Below, one piece after another: positions 19,540-29,799 of a DNA stretch of 64,000 nt. The stretch comes from an uncultured delta proteobacterium (GTDB lineage: Bacteria > Desulfobacterota > Binatia > Binatales > Binataceae). Within the stretch, counting starts at the first letter, position 1. The number at the start of each line of letters is the position of its first letter. The stretch spans positions 3,712,001 to 3,776,000 of the forward strand of contig CAWEEQ010000004.1 in assembly GCA_963808235.1 (NCBI GenBank). Direction: 5' to 3'. The translations under genes were made by a program, and so were the position numbers. The notes below the pieces were generated by a model that saw nothing but the letters and a program-made list of their open reading frames with translations, was not told where the DNA came from and ran no database searches.

Positions 19540-21471
19540 TTATGGATTCGGAGTGCGCAAGCGGCGGGCGTCGCCGACGCGGGTGGTGACGCCGGTGTGG
19601 TCGAAGTGATCGAGGAGGGCGATTGCGAACTTGCGCGAGGCGCCGAGGAGATCGCGGAAGATTGCGGCGGTGATTTCGGGGTGGGCTTTCAGATATTCGA
19701 CGAGGGTCTGGCGGGCGGCGTCAGAGGCGGCGCGGCTGAAGTATAGATCGGTCGCGATTTTCACCACCCGGCCCTCGCGTTCCATCGCGGCGAGTACGGT
19801 GCGCAGGCGTGGCAAATCGGCGGCGGAAAGTTTCAACGCATCGGCGAGTTGCTTGAGGTCGGGCGGCTGGAACTTTGCGCTGGTCAGTGCCGCCTCGATG
19901 CTTGCGCCCATGACGCTCGCGTCGCCACCGAGCTGGACGCGATGGCTTTTGAGCCGCACGATGCTCTCTTCGCGGACAATTCCCGCCTCGCGGCCGATAC
20001 GATCGATGATCGGGCGGAACGCGCGCGCGCCGATCTCGTAGGGCATCCGCGTGCGCATCGCTTCCATCTCGAGCCCTGCCGACAGCGGCTCCTTCTTGTG
20101 ATGAGTCTCGAGTGCGGAGAGCGCGAAGCGTTTCAACTCCTCCCATTTGGTCCGGGTGGTGAAAGCGTCTTCATCTCCGACTGATAGTTTGACGAAGCGC
20201 GGATCCTTGAGGGCGGTTTCGGCTTCCTGGATGGGAATGTTCATCAGGGTCGCGATTCGAACCGGGCCGAGCGCGAAACTTTCATTCAAATTAAGCAACG
20301 CTTCGATCGCGTCGGAGCCCGACGATTCCTTGAGTGCGCGGAGATTTGCGCGATACGCGTCGAACGGTTTGCGGGCGCGGCGTCCGAGCGGATTCAGCAC
20401 GATGCCGCCGCCGAGAGTGCGCGAATTGGTTTCGTCGCGGATGACGAAGCGGTCGCCAGCGAGCGCGACGACCGGCGTGTCCGCGACCAACTGTGCGAAG
20501 CCGGCGTCCTTGGGTGCGATCACGGCAGTTTCGTCGAGCACGATAGCGCGCGCGATCGTCTCGGCGGTCGCGATGAACAGACGCACGCGGCTGTTGTTCT
20601 TGAGTGCGCGCTTGGCGGCGGGACGAATTTCCAGCCACGCGTCGAAGCGCGAAGTCGCAGCGTCGAGCCGCTCATCGGCGAGTACGTCGCCGCGCGCGAG
20701 ATCGATTTTTTCTGCGCCGGTCAGATTCAACGCAACGCGCTGACATAGGCCCGCGCTTTCAACCGATTCTGAATGCACCTGGATCGATCGCACGCGCACT
20801 TCGTGGCCATAGGGCAGTACGCGGAGCCTAGCACCGACCTTGACCTCGGCGCCCATCGCGGTGCCGGTGACGACGGTGCCGTGTCCTTTGATTACAAACG
20901 CGCGATCGAGCGGAAGACGAAAGACTCCGGTCGCGCGACGGGCCTGAAAGCCGTCGAGCTGACGGACTATCTCGGCGCGCAGCTCGTCGATGCCAGCGCC
21001 GGTTATCGACGAGACGGGAATGATCGGCGAACCGTCCAGCGTAGTGCCGTCAGCGAGCAGCTCGATTTCGTCGCGGACTTCGCTGATGCGCGCAGAATCG
21101 GCAAGATCGGACTTGGTGATGACGAAGATGCCGCGGCGAGTGCCGAGTAGATGGAGGATGTCGAGATGCTCTTCGGATTGCGGCATCACGCCGTCGTCGG
21201 CGGCAATCGCGAAGAGCACCAGGTCGATGCCGTGCGCGCCGGCGAGCATGTTGCGGATGAAGCGCTCGTGCCCCGGAACGTCGACGATACCGGCGCGGGT
21301 GGCGTCGGGCAGGGTGAAGTAGGCGAAGCCGAGGTCGATCGAAATTCCGCGCTCCTTTTCCTCTTTGAGGCGGTCGGTGTCCTGGCCGGTGAGCGCTTTG
21401 ATGAGCGCGGTCTTGCCGTGATCGATATGACCAGCGGTGCCGATGATGGCGTGGGTGACCGTAGGAGCCAT
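19540..21471 (-). CDS. selB: Selenocysteine-specific translation elongation factor SelB
   Basis: [34 protein letters not shown], and the C-terminal winged helix [20 protein letters not shown]. Confidence 0.97.
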   Translation of the reverse strand: MAPTVTHAIIGTAGHIDHGKTALIKALTGQDTDRLKEEKERGISIDLGFAYFTLPDATRAGIVDVPGHERFIRNMLAGAHGIDLVLFAIAADDGVMPQSEEHLDILHLLGTRRGIFVITKSDLADSARISEVRDEIELLADGTTLDGSPIIPVSSITGAGIDELRAEIVRQLDGFQARRATGVFRLPLDRAFVIKGHGTVVTGTAMGAEVKVGARLRVLPYGHEVRVRSIQVHSESVESAGLCQRVALNLTGAEKIDLARGDVLADERLDAATSRFDAWLEIRPAAKRALKNNSRVRLFIATAETIARAIVLDETAVIAPKDAGFAQLVADTPVVALAGDRFVIRDETNSRTLGGGIVLNPLGRRARKPFDAYRANLRALKESSGSDAIEALLNLNESFALGPVRIATLMNIPIQEAETALKDPRFVKLSVGDEDAFTTRTKWEELKRFALSALETHHKKEPLSAGLEMEAMRTRMPYEIGARAFRPIIDRIGREAGIVREESIVRLKSHRVQLGGDASVMGASIEAALTSAKFQPPDLKQLADALKLSAADLPRLRTVLAAMEREGRVVKIATDLYFSRAASDAARQTLVEYLKAHPEITAAIFRDLLGASRKFAIALLDHFDHTGVTTRVGDARRLRTPNP

Positions 21472-21499
21472 CAATTAAAACTAAATGCGGACGCTATGG

Positions 21500-21874
21500 C
21501 TACGCCATCTGCTTGGTGTACATCGCCATGTCGAAGTAGTCGCGCCATGCGGTTATCTTACCGTCGCTTACTTCGAACACGCCTGCTACCGGAAGCGAGA
21601 TGGTTTTGCCGCCGCCCAGGTCGAAGACGTCAACGCGCTCGTTGAAGACTACATTGCCGGCGCTTGCCGTTTTCAACACTTTGAAATGAAGCGACTTGGC
21701 CATCGGCAGGAAAGTGTTGATGACGGCTTTGATTGCGGCTTTGCCGCGCGCGGGGTCCATCGGGATGTTGTGGTAGACGGCGTCGTCGCTGAAGAAGCCG
21801 AGGATTTCATCGAGGTTCTTGCGCGGCCACGCGTTACAAAATTCGGTCACCACTTTTTCAGCATCGGTAGCCAT
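21500..21874 (-). CDS. Limonene-1,2-epoxide hydrolase (NTF2/SnoaL-like) family protein
   Basis: DDAVYHNIP, VFNERVD, GKITAWRDYFD. Confidence 0.9.
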   Translation of the reverse strand: MATDAEKVVTEFCNAWPRKNLDEILGFFSDDAVYHNIPMDPARGKAAIKAVINTFLPMAKSLHFKVLKTASAGNVVFNERVDVFDLGGGKTISLPVAGVFEVSDGKITAWRDYFDMAMYTKQMA

Positions 21875-21903
21875 CGGAAATTCTCCTTGCGCGCCTGGCG
21901 CGC

Positions 21904-22392
21904 CTATTCGTTGTCGAGATAGAAGCGGTCTTCGTCCTTGTTATAACCGAAAAGCTCCGCAAAGCGCCCCCAGTTCACCATCGTGGAAAACTGGCGCTCG
22001 GGCTTTTCACTGGGCAGGAGCATCGCAAGATGCTCGAGCACAACTTCCTTTGTAAGCGACTTGTCTTCCTGGCCGTGAAGAAGCCGGATGAAGTAACTGA
22101 AGAGGCTGTGCTTCTTCAACTGCTCGCGCACGATCAGCTTGCGCTCGTTGATCTTGGCGTCGAGGAGCTGCTTTCCGAGCGGCTCGAGCACGACGTCGCC
22201 GGCCGGCGTTGAGACGAAGCCAAGAATTTCGCCGGACTTCATCACTTTGAGCAAATCGCCGAATCTGAAATTGAGATCGCGCGCGATCTTGTAGCCGTCT
22301 TCGTGTCCGCCGCGGTCCTCGAGCAATTCGAGCAGGCCAAAGACCAGCGTCAAGCCGCAATCGGGGAGCGGATATATGACCGGGGCCGGCAT
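21904..22392 (-). CDS. Stand-alone C-terminal 'AAA-associated' domain of nitrate/sulfonate-type ABC ATPases
   Basis: Starts MPAPVIYPLP at a TGATG overlap; GLLELL...WGRFAELFGY. Confidence 0.8.
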   Translation of the reverse strand: MPAPVIYPLPDCGLTLVFGLLELLEDRGGHEDGYKIARDLNFRFGDLLKVMKSGEILGFVSTPAGDVVLEPLGKQLLDAKINERKLIVREQLKKHSLFSYFIRLLHGQEDKSLTKEVVLEHLAMLLPSEKPERQFSTMVNWGRFAELFGYNKDEDRFYLDNE

Positions 22393-23150
22393 CAGGCGCG
22401 CTCCTCGATCATCGAGAAGACCTTGTCGGTCAAGGCGTTGAAACTTTCGGCGCGGCGATCGCGCGGGCGCGGCAGCTCGACCTTGAGATCGGAGACGATG
22501 CGTCCGGGTCCCGACGCGAGCACGATTATTCGATCGGCAAGTTCGATTGCCTCTTCGATGATGTGCGTGACGAGCACGATGTTTTTGACCGGCATGTCGG
22601 GCGACTGCCAGATCTCGAGCATTTCCTCGCGCAATGTAATCGCGGTCAGGGCGTCGAGCGCGGAGAACGGCTCGTCCATCAGGAGCACCTTGGGCTCGAC
22701 GGCGAGCGCGCGCGCGAATCCGACCCGCTGCTTCATCCCGCCCGAGAGTTCGCGCGGGTACGCCTCTTCGAAACCGTCGAGGCCGACCTTGTCGATGTAA
22801 ACGCTCGCGCGTTTCTCGCGCTCGGCAGGCGGCAGGCCCTGCGCTTCGAGTCCTAGTTCGACGTTGGCCTTGACCGACAGCCATGGCAATAGCGCGAACG
22901 ACTGGAACACGAGCGCGCATTCGAGATTGATCCCATCAACCTGACGGCCGCGATAGAGCACCTGTCCCGAAGTCAGCGGCACGATTCCGTTGATGATGCG
23001 CAGCAAGGTGGACTTGCCACATCCCGAGGGGCCGACGATCGCCACGAACTCCCCTTCCTCAATGTTAAAGGTGATGTCCTCGAGCACCTGCAAAGTGCCC
23101 TTGGCGTGTGCGAAGCTTTTGGAGACGTGTTTGAGCTCGAGCAGGGCCAT
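22392..23150 (-). CDS. ABC transporter ATP-binding protein (NitT/TauT family)
   Basis: GPSGCGKST, YPRELSGGMKQR, LLMDEPFSALD. Confidence 0.95.
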   Translation of the reverse strand: MALLELKHVSKSFAHAKGTLQVLEDITFNIEEGEFVAIVGPSGCGKSTLLRIINGIVPLTSGQVLYRGRQVDGINLECALVFQSFALLPWLSVKANVELGLEAQGLPPAEREKRASVYIDKVGLDGFEEAYPRELSGGMKQRVGFARALAVEPKVLLMDEPFSALDALTAITLREEMLEIWQSPDMPVKNIVLVTHIIEEAIELADRIIVLASGPGRIVSDLKVELPRPRDRRAESFNALTDKVFSMIEERA

Positions 23151-23190
23151 GGTTCAGATGAGTCCGCATCGCACATAGTCAGTTGCCATC

Positions 23191-24918
23191 TCAGTAGTCG
23201 AGTCTGTAGCGCTCGGTTGCGATGTTGTACAAGCGCCGCCACATCAGCCGGTTCAATAGTAGCACCACCAATATCATCGACAGCAGGCTCAGCAGTATCA
23301 TCACGCCGTTGCCGCTCTGGTAGGTGGCTTTGTCGAGCAGCGAGCCGATCCCGAGTACCTGGTAAGTATGTTGCTGGTAGACGAAGTACTCGGAAAGGAT
23401 TAGCGCGTTCCATCCGCCGCCCCATGCAGTGATGCTGCCGGTGATCAGCGAAGGCGCTACCGCGGGCAGGATCAGTTTGCGCCAGGTGGCGTAGCGCGAG
23501 AGCCCGAACGCGCGCGCGGCTTCCTTGAGATCCTCGGGTACCTGGTTGATTCCCGCGAGCAGATTGAAGAGCAGGTACCATTGCATCCCGGTCAGGATGA
23601 GAAGTATCGAGGCGAGATTCATGCCGCCGGTAGCTCGAATGACGAAGAGCACGATCACCGGGAACAGCGCCGTCGCGGGCATCGAGCCAACGATCTCCGC
23701 GATCGGCGAAAGGATTCGGTTGAAGCGCGGGCTCTCGCTGGCGGCCAGCGCGACCGGGACTGTCCATGCGAGCGAAATTGCGTAGGCGATGGTCATGCGA
23801 AGCGTGGAGGCGAGAATCGCCGTGGGAATCAGCCGCGCATCGGACGGCCACGGCTGCGAGAGCGTCCTGATGAGCGCGACCAATCCTCGACCGACTGCCC
23901 AAGCGAAGAAAATCGCGATCGAGCCGACCAGGAAGATCTGGAAGATCGCGCTGGCGCGCTTGCTCTGTCCGGGCGTGAGCAACTCGCGGCGCGGCACGGA
24001 GCGCATCGCGCGGCCGATCATGCGGATCGGTGGCACCAATATTGAGCGCAGCGCCCGCGTGATCGCGGGGCCAACGCCGGCTAGCGCATCGAACATCCCG
24101 AGCGATTGCACCGCGCCGGATGAGGCCGCGAACTCGTAACGAAACTTCTCAGCCCACGTCGAAAGCGGCTGCCACACGATCATGTCCATCGCGACGATGA
24201 TCGCCAGGAGCGTCAGCAGGCCGGCGACCAGATCAAACGTGCGGCCCTTCTCGGCGGCCTCCCAGAGAAAGCTGCCGAGGCCGGGGAGTCGATAGCTTGC
24301 GGGACCGACCGTGATGATTTCGCACGCGATGAGGAAGTACCAGCCGGCGACCCATGACAGAATCGAGTTGTAAACGAGCTTCGGCACGCTCGCGGGCAGC
24401 AGCAAGCGCTTGAACTTGAGCCATCCGCGCGCGCCGAACGCCTCGAGCGACTCAGCCGAATCGCCGGGAATCGTTTTCACCGCTTCGTAAACGCCGAGCG
24501 CCATGTTCCACGCCTGGCTGGTAAAGATGAGGAACACGGCGGCCATCTCGACGCCGAGCCGGCTGCCGTGCGCGAGTGCGACGAAAAAATAAACCGCGGC
24601 GGGAAAAAAGCCGACCACCGGCACCGACTGCGCGATGTCGATCGCGGGAATCATGATGCGTTCATACGCTCCGCCGCGCGCCGCGCCCATCCCATAGATC
24701 ACCGAAAACAGCAGCGCGATTATGTACGCGGCGAGCATCCGGTAGAACGAGCAGAACGCGTAGTATGGAAGATGCTCGATCGAAACGGGCACGCGGCGTT
24801 CGATGAGGTGCTGGGCATGGCCACGATACGCGAAGAACAGTGCGATGATCGCGGCAAGCGCGAGAAATGAAAGCGACCCGTTGACCAGGCGGCGAGTGTT
24901 GATCTCGATCTTGAACAT
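23191..24918 (-). CDS. ABC transporter permease with duplicated membrane domain (NitT/TauT family)
   Basis: Two permease halves (DIAQSVPVVGF; EDLKEAARAFG, AWGGGWNALILSEY). Start taken at MFKIEIN. Confidence 0.9.
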   Translation of the reverse strand: MFKIEINTRRLVNGSLSFLALAAIIALFFAYRGHAQHLIERRVPVSIEHLPYYAFCSFYRMLAAYIIALLFSVIYGMGAARGGAYERIMIPAIDIAQSVPVVGFFPAAVYFFVALAHGSRLGVEMAAVFLIFTSQAWNMALGVYEAVKTIPGDSAESLEAFGARGWLKFKRLLLPASVPKLVYNSILSWVAGWYFLIACEIITVGPASYRLPGLGSFLWEAAEKGRTFDLVAGLLTLLAIIVAMDMIVWQPLSTWAEKFRYEFAASSGAVQSLGMFDALAGVGPAITRALRSILVPPIRMIGRAMRSVPRRELLTPGQSKRASAIFQIFLVGSIAIFFAWAVGRGLVALIRTLSQPWPSDARLIPTAILASTLRMTIAYAISLAWTVPVALAASESPRFNRILSPIAEIVGSMPATALFPVIVLFVIRATGGMNLASILLILTGMQWYLLFNLLAGINQVPEDLKEAARAFGLSRYATWRKLILPAVAPSLITGSITAWGGGWNALILSEYFVYQQHTYQVLGIGSLLDKATYQSGNGVMILLSLLSMILVVLLLNRLMWRRLYNIATERYRLDY

Positions 24919-25049
24919 TTCCGAGGCCCGAAACTCCCAGCATAACCGCGTCCGGGTTTGGCTCAAGTCCGAATTGCGTTTCTGCGCGATGAATTTTTTG
25001 GGCGTTCGCGTTGACAACGCACGAGTAGGTGACTAGCAGGCGGTAGAAA

Positions 25050-26705
25050 ATGTCGACTGGCGAAATAAATCCAGAAGATCGGTGGCGGCTCGACGAGGAG
25101 CCGGACGAGCCGCGCGAGCCGGATGAGCCGCGCGTCGAGCCGTCGCGTGCGCCGACCGTTTCCAATTTGAGCCGCGATCGGCTGTCGCGTGCGGTCTACG
25201 TCGTTACCGCGGAGCATCTCGGCTGGTTCCTGATCGCGGTGTACGTGCTCATAACGCGCCTGATGGCTCTGGGAGCGCGTCCACTCGATCCGGGCGAGGC
25301 AGGCCGCGCGCTTGCCGCGTTCGCGATGTCAAAAAATGGGATCGACGCGCTCGGGAACGGAACCTGGACGACGATGCTGCAGGCGCGCGTATTTGCGGAG
25401 CTCGGCGCCGGCGATGCGACCTCGCGAATCGTCGTCGCGCTATGCGGGCTTATCTTGATCGCGAGCGGATTCGCGATGCGTCCCTACCTTGGACGGGCCG
25501 GTGCGCTGGCATTGGCCGCTATCCTCGGACTCTCGCCGAGCGTCACATATTTTTCCCGAACCGGATCGACTGTGATCGCGTCGGTGGCATTCATGATGAT
25601 TGCGATCGCGATTGCGGAGAGCATGCGAAGGCGTCCGGGCGCGATCGGCGCAGCCGGACTTGGAGCGGCAATTGGAGTCTGGCTCTCGGCAGATCCAATC
25701 GGCTACGCAATGGCTGCGGCAGTGACCGGCGCTCTGATCTTTGTCGGTGCATACGATGCGATGAGGGTCGATCATCCGCGGCTTCGGATCCGTGTCTGGT
25801 GGGAACGGCGGAGTGCGATCGTGATTATAACTGCAATCGTCGCGATCGCGGTTTGGGCACTGTTGACGACCGAGCTATTCACCCGTCCGCTCCTGAAGAC
25901 GGTGCGATTCGATCTGAACGCCGCGTTTGTCGCACCGGCGATTGGATTGCAGCGCGGATTGCATACCTTGATCCCCATCTGCTGTTTTTACGAATTCATG
26001 ATTCTGATTCTCGCGATCGTGGGCGCGTCGACGATCGTTTCGAGGCAAGTCCAGAGCAGGTTTGCGGTTTGGACCCTGGTCTGGGCGATTGTCAGCTCGG
26101 CGCTGTTTCTGACTGTCGCCGGCAACCGTCCCGACGCGGTGATCGCGATCGTGATTCCATTTGCGATGCTCGCGGCGTTCGGCGTCGAACAGATCCATCA
26201 ATTGGCGCGATGGGATCAGGTTCGTTATGCGCTCGCGGGCGCCGTGGCGCTGACCCTCTACATACAATTCCTCACCAATTTCGCGTATTCGGCGCCCAAC
26301 ACCAGCGAGGCGCCATGGAATCGGCACACACTTTTGTTCTGGTCGGAGCCGGCGACTGCGATTCAGACTCGCACGCAATGCGAGCGCGTGGACACTTCGG
26401 CGATCGCCGGCGCGCGCGCGATGATTCCCGCCGATGCGCCCGCGATCCAATGGTACCTGCGCGATCGTGCGCGCTCGGACTCCGCCGGACCGGTAAATAT
26501 CGTGGCGACTCTCGGCCCGGCCAAAAGCGGCGCGCTCGCAGGTAATCCGTCTGCGGCGCAGTTTGGATTCGAGGAGTGGTGGAATCCCGATTTTCGCCGC
26601 CTCACAATTGCCGGCGCATTTCGCTATTGGCTCACGATGCGCGCGTGGAGCGAGGTTGAGATTCGGGATTTAGAGCTCACTACCTCGGACAAACTCGGGC
26701 CATGA
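25050..26705 (+). CDS. Polytopic membrane protein, GT-C glycosyltransferase-like (TIGR03663-like)
   Basis: RLMALGARPLDPGEA, GDATSRIVVAL, LSPSVTYFSR; more than 10 TM helices. Confidence 0.6.
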   Translation: MSTGEINPEDRWRLDEEPDEPREPDEPRVEPSRAPTVSNLSRDRLSRAVYVVTAEHLGWFLIAVYVLITRLMALGARPLDPGEAGRALAAFAMSKNGIDALGNGTWTTMLQARVFAELGAGDATSRIVVALCGLILIASGFAMRPYLGRAGALALAAILGLSPSVTYFSRTGSTVIASVAFMMIAIAIAESMRRRPGAIGAAGLGAAIGVWLSADPIGYAMAAAVTGALIFVGAYDAMRVDHPRLRIRVWWERRSAIVIITAIVAIAVWALLTTELFTRPLLKTVRFDLNAAFVAPAIGLQRGLHTLIPICCFYEFMILILAIVGASTIVSRQVQSRFAVWTLVWAIVSSALFLTVAGNRPDAVIAIVIPFAMLAAFGVEQIHQLARWDQVRYALAGAVALTLYIQFLTNFAYSAPNTSEAPWNRHTLLFWSEPATAIQTRTQCERVDTSAIAGARAMIPADAPAIQWYLRDRARSDSAGPVNIVATLGPAKSGALAGNPSAAQFGFEEWWNPDFRRLTIAGAFRYWLTMRAWSEVEIRDLELTTSDKLGP

Positions 26706-26862
26706 AAATCGGCTTCGCGAATTCTTCGCCCGAGAGTTTCGCGCTTCGGTGGGAATCGTGGAATTGCGTGAGTACTCTTGCTTTAGGATAAACTGCTAAC
26801 GCCGCGAAGCGCAATTTTCCGCGTCCGCGCGTACTTTCATCCGCCAACTTCAAGGAGCGCCG

Positions 26863-27552
26863 ATGGACTCTGTCGTCAAATTCCTCCAGCCCTATCAACT
26901 GCATCCGATGGTCGATCACTTCAGCGTCGCGTTGCTGTTCACCGCGGTTCTGCTCGATCTGATCGCGAGTATGGCGCCGAATCGAATCTGGCTTCGTTAC
27001 ACCGCCTTGACGCTCATCATTCTTGGCGCAATTGCGGCAGGCGGTTCGTTTTTCACCGGCGACATGGAGGCGGACCGCATCTGGAACGCGCTCGGACAGC
27101 CGGCCAAGGACGTGCTGAAGACCCACGCGAAGCTGGGAGAGTACCTTGCGATCACGTTTGGGATCCTCGCCGTGTGGAGAATCCTGATCCAGGCGGCCGG
27201 CTTCATGGCAGGATCGCGCGCGATCTACTTGATCGTCGCAATCTTCGCGATCATTGTGCTCGGATACTCGGCCCATCTCGGCGGCGAGCTCGTCTATGAC
27301 TACGGCGCAGGAACCGCGCTGATGGCCGCGGCTCCGGTCCCGTCGGAGGGTGCGAGCCCGGCCGGAGCGCCGACCTCGGTTGCGCCGATTCCGATGGTCT
27401 CAGTGCCGAGTCCAGAGCCGACGCCAACGTCGCCACCGTCACCTGCTTCAGCGGCACCCGCGTCGCCAGCACCGCCGGCCTCGGCGGCTTCGTCGGCTGG
27501 CGCTGCGGCCCCGACTCCTACGGCTCAACCGACCGGCTCGGTGAACATGTAG
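26863..27552 (+). CDS. DUF2231-family membrane protein with Pro/Ala-rich tail
   Basis: LHPMVDHF, KTHAKLG, AHLGGELVYDYGAG. Confidence 0.85.
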   Translation: MDSVVKFLQPYQLHPMVDHFSVALLFTAVLLDLIASMAPNRIWLRYTALTLIILGAIAAGGSFFTGDMEADRIWNALGQPAKDVLKTHAKLGEYLAITFGILAVWRILIQAAGFMAGSRAIYLIVAIFAIIVLGYSAHLGGELVYDYGAGTALMAAAPVPSEGASPAGAPTSVAPIPMVSVPSPEPTPTSPPSPASAAPASPAPPASAASSAGAAAPTPTAQPTGSVNM

Positions 27553-27571
27553 GATGCATCCCTGCGGTCCC

Positions 27572-27620
27572 GTTAGAAGTTAAACGTTAAACGTTAAGAG
27601 TTAGAAGTCAGAAGTGTGAA
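27572..27620. repeat. Degenerate heptamer tandem repeat (7 x GTTARAV-like)
   Basis: gttagaa gttaaac gttaaac gttaaga gttagaa gtcagaa gtgtgaa. Confidence 0.8.
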
Positions 27621-27641
27621 CGAGAAAAAAGGAGATCTGTA

Positions 27642-28808
27642 ATGACCCAGCGTCTCGGATTTGGCGTGTTCCTCGCGCCGCATCATCCTATCGGGGAGCA
27701 TCCCACGCTCCAGTTGCAGCGCGATCTGGAACTCGCCGAATGGCTCGATGAACTTCACTACGACGAGTTCTGGGTCGGGGAGCATCATTCGGCCGGATGG
27801 GAGACGATCGCGTCGCCCGAAATGTTCCTGGTCGCCGCCGCCGAGCGCACCAAGCGAATCAAGCTCGGTACCGGAGTCGTATCGATTCCGTATCATCATC
27901 CATTCAACGTCGCGCAGCGGATGGTCATGCTCGATCATTTAAGTCACGGGCGCGCGATGCTCGGAGTCGGGCCGGGCGCGCTGCCGTCGGATGCGGTCAT
28001 GCTCGGAATCGATCCGATGACGCAGCGCGAGAGGATGGACGAAGGCCTCGGCGTGATTCTGCGCCTGCTCAACGAGGAAGAACCGTTCAGCTACAAGGGC
28101 TCATGGTTCGAAGTCAACAACGCGGCGCTGCAAATCCGGCCGCTGCAGGAGAAGATTCCGATCGCGGTCGCCTCTACGATATCGCCATCGGGAATGAAGA
28201 CGGCGGGCAAGTATGGTGCGGGCGTATTGTCGGTTGCGTCGTACTCGGAAGAAGGACTGATGGCGCTGCCGACGCAGTGGAATTTCGGCGAAACGTCGGC
28301 GAAGGAGTTCGGACAGACGATCGATCGCGCCAACTGGCGAATCGTGATGCCGTTTCATCTCGCGGAATCGAAAGAACAGGCGATGCGCGAAGTCGCGGCG
28401 GGCCTCCAGAAGTGGCAGAACGAATATATCGTCGGGATCCTCGGGACTCCGCAACGACCAATCTTTCCGGACGGTTACGAAGCTGCGAAGCGGATGAGCG
28501 AGTACGGCGGTGCGATTTTCGGCACACCTGAGGACGCGCTCGAGCGAATCGCACGGCTGCAAAAACTCTCGGGCGGATTCGGCACCGTTCTTTGTTTCGC
28601 GCACGATTGGGCGACGCGCCCGCAAATGATGCGCAGCTATGAGCTGCTCGCGCGCTACGTGATGCCGCGATGCCAGGGACTGATCAAGCCGATCGAGGCG
28701 TCGGCGGCGCGGGTCACCGCCAACAAGGAAGAGCTGATGCAAAAGGCGAGCGGCGCGATCCTGAAAGCGATCCACGACTACAACGCGGTGCATCCGCGCA
28801 AGAAGTAG
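27642..28808 (+). CDS. LLM-class flavin monooxygenase (limonene 1,2-monooxygenase-like)
   Basis: FGVFLAPHH, WVGEHHSAGWE, GVGPGALPSDA. Confidence 0.9.
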   Translation: MTQRLGFGVFLAPHHPIGEHPTLQLQRDLELAEWLDELHYDEFWVGEHHSAGWETIASPEMFLVAAAERTKRIKLGTGVVSIPYHHPFNVAQRMVMLDHLSHGRAMLGVGPGALPSDAVMLGIDPMTQRERMDEGLGVILRLLNEEEPFSYKGSWFEVNNAALQIRPLQEKIPIAVASTISPSGMKTAGKYGAGVLSVASYSEEGLMALPTQWNFGETSAKEFGQTIDRANWRIVMPFHLAESKEQAMREVAAGLQKWQNEYIVGILGTPQRPIFPDGYEAAKRMSEYGGAIFGTPEDALERIARLQKLSGGFGTVLCFAHDWATRPQMMRSYELLARYVMPRCQGLIKPIEASAARVTANKEELMQKASGAILKAIHDYNAVHPRKK

Positions 28809-28820
28809 AGGTCTATCACG

Positions 28821-29666
28821 ATGGCGCGACAGATGATCGGCACGGTGAGCGCGCTCGCACGCTACGCGGTCAAGTCGATGCTCGGCGAGAAGCTCGATGA
28901 GGTGTTGGTCACCGAGCGAGGCGTGGTTGGCGATCGCGCCTACGCGCTCCGGGAAGTGGCGACGGGGCGAATCGCGAGTGCGAAGAAGTTCGCGAAACTG
29001 CTCGAATTTCGCTCCAGTTACGATTCTTCGCCGGCGCCCGGGCGCATACCGCCGGTAACGATCGAACTGCCGGACGGGCAGAAGATTCACGCCGAGGACA
29101 AGGATGCGTCGGAGATTATTTCGGCAGCGCTCGGCCGCAAAGTGAAACTGGAGAGTTCTTCGGGTGCGCACGCCGAGCACGCGGGAATCGATGCCGCAAC
29201 TATTTTTGCCGACGTGCCGATTGAGAAGGTCATCCCCGGCCTCACCGCCGAGACTATGCCCGACCACTTTGCGCTCGAGAAGGAGAGTTTTTTCGACACC
29301 GCCGTGATGCACGTGATCGCGAGCGGCACACTGCGCCATATGGCGAAGCTGGCGGAGCCGGGATCGATCTTCGACCCGCGCCGCTTCCGTCCGACGATTT
29401 TTGTGGACAGCGGCGAGCGCGACGACGCGTTTATAGAAGATGATTGGATCGGTGGCACGCTCGAAGTCGGCGGCGCGCTCAAGATCGTCTCGCTCCAGCC
29501 CGCGCTGCGCTGCGTGATGACGACCCATCCGCAGCAGGGCTTGCCGCGCGACTACACGATTTTGCGAACCGCCGCCTACAACCATCGCGCGAACGTCGGC
29601 GTGTTCGCGTCGATCGGCGCGGCGGGCCAGGTCAAAATCGGCGATCCGGTTTACCTCGACAAATGA
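28821..29666 (+). CDS. MOSC domain-containing protein
   Basis: RYAVKSMLGE, GDRAYAL, RRFRPTI, RCVMTT, GQVKIGD. Confidence 0.92.
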   Translation: MARQMIGTVSALARYAVKSMLGEKLDEVLVTERGVVGDRAYALREVATGRIASAKKFAKLLEFRSSYDSSPAPGRIPPVTIELPDGQKIHAEDKDASEIISAALGRKVKLESSSGAHAEHAGIDAATIFADVPIEKVIPGLTAETMPDHFALEKESFFDTAVMHVIASGTLRHMAKLAEPGSIFDPRRFRPTIFVDSGERDDAFIEDDWIGGTLEVGGALKIVSLQPALRCVMTTHPQQGLPRDYTILRTAAYNHRANVGVFASIGAAGQVKIGDPVYLDK

Positions 29667-29677
29667 TCGGCGCACGT

Positions 29678-29707
29678 TGACAACCGTTGTCAGGTTGTTG
29701 AAACAAC
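29678..29707. promoter_or_regulatory. Two adjacent palindromes upstream of addB (candidate operator)
   Basis: TGACAAC-C-GTTGTCA, then GTTGTT-GA-AACAAC. Confidence 0.5.
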
Positions 29708-29799
29708 ACCCGGCGGCCTATTGCGAGTTCCGATCGTTGTCGAGAGCATGGATCTGGAACGTTAGATTCGTGGCGTGACCATGAGTCGCACACACCCCG

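Noticed and set aside
27572-27620. CRISPR array
   Set aside because: The unit is 7 bp with no spacers, and no cas genes are present. The AddB Fe-S nuclease is only Cas4-like in fold.
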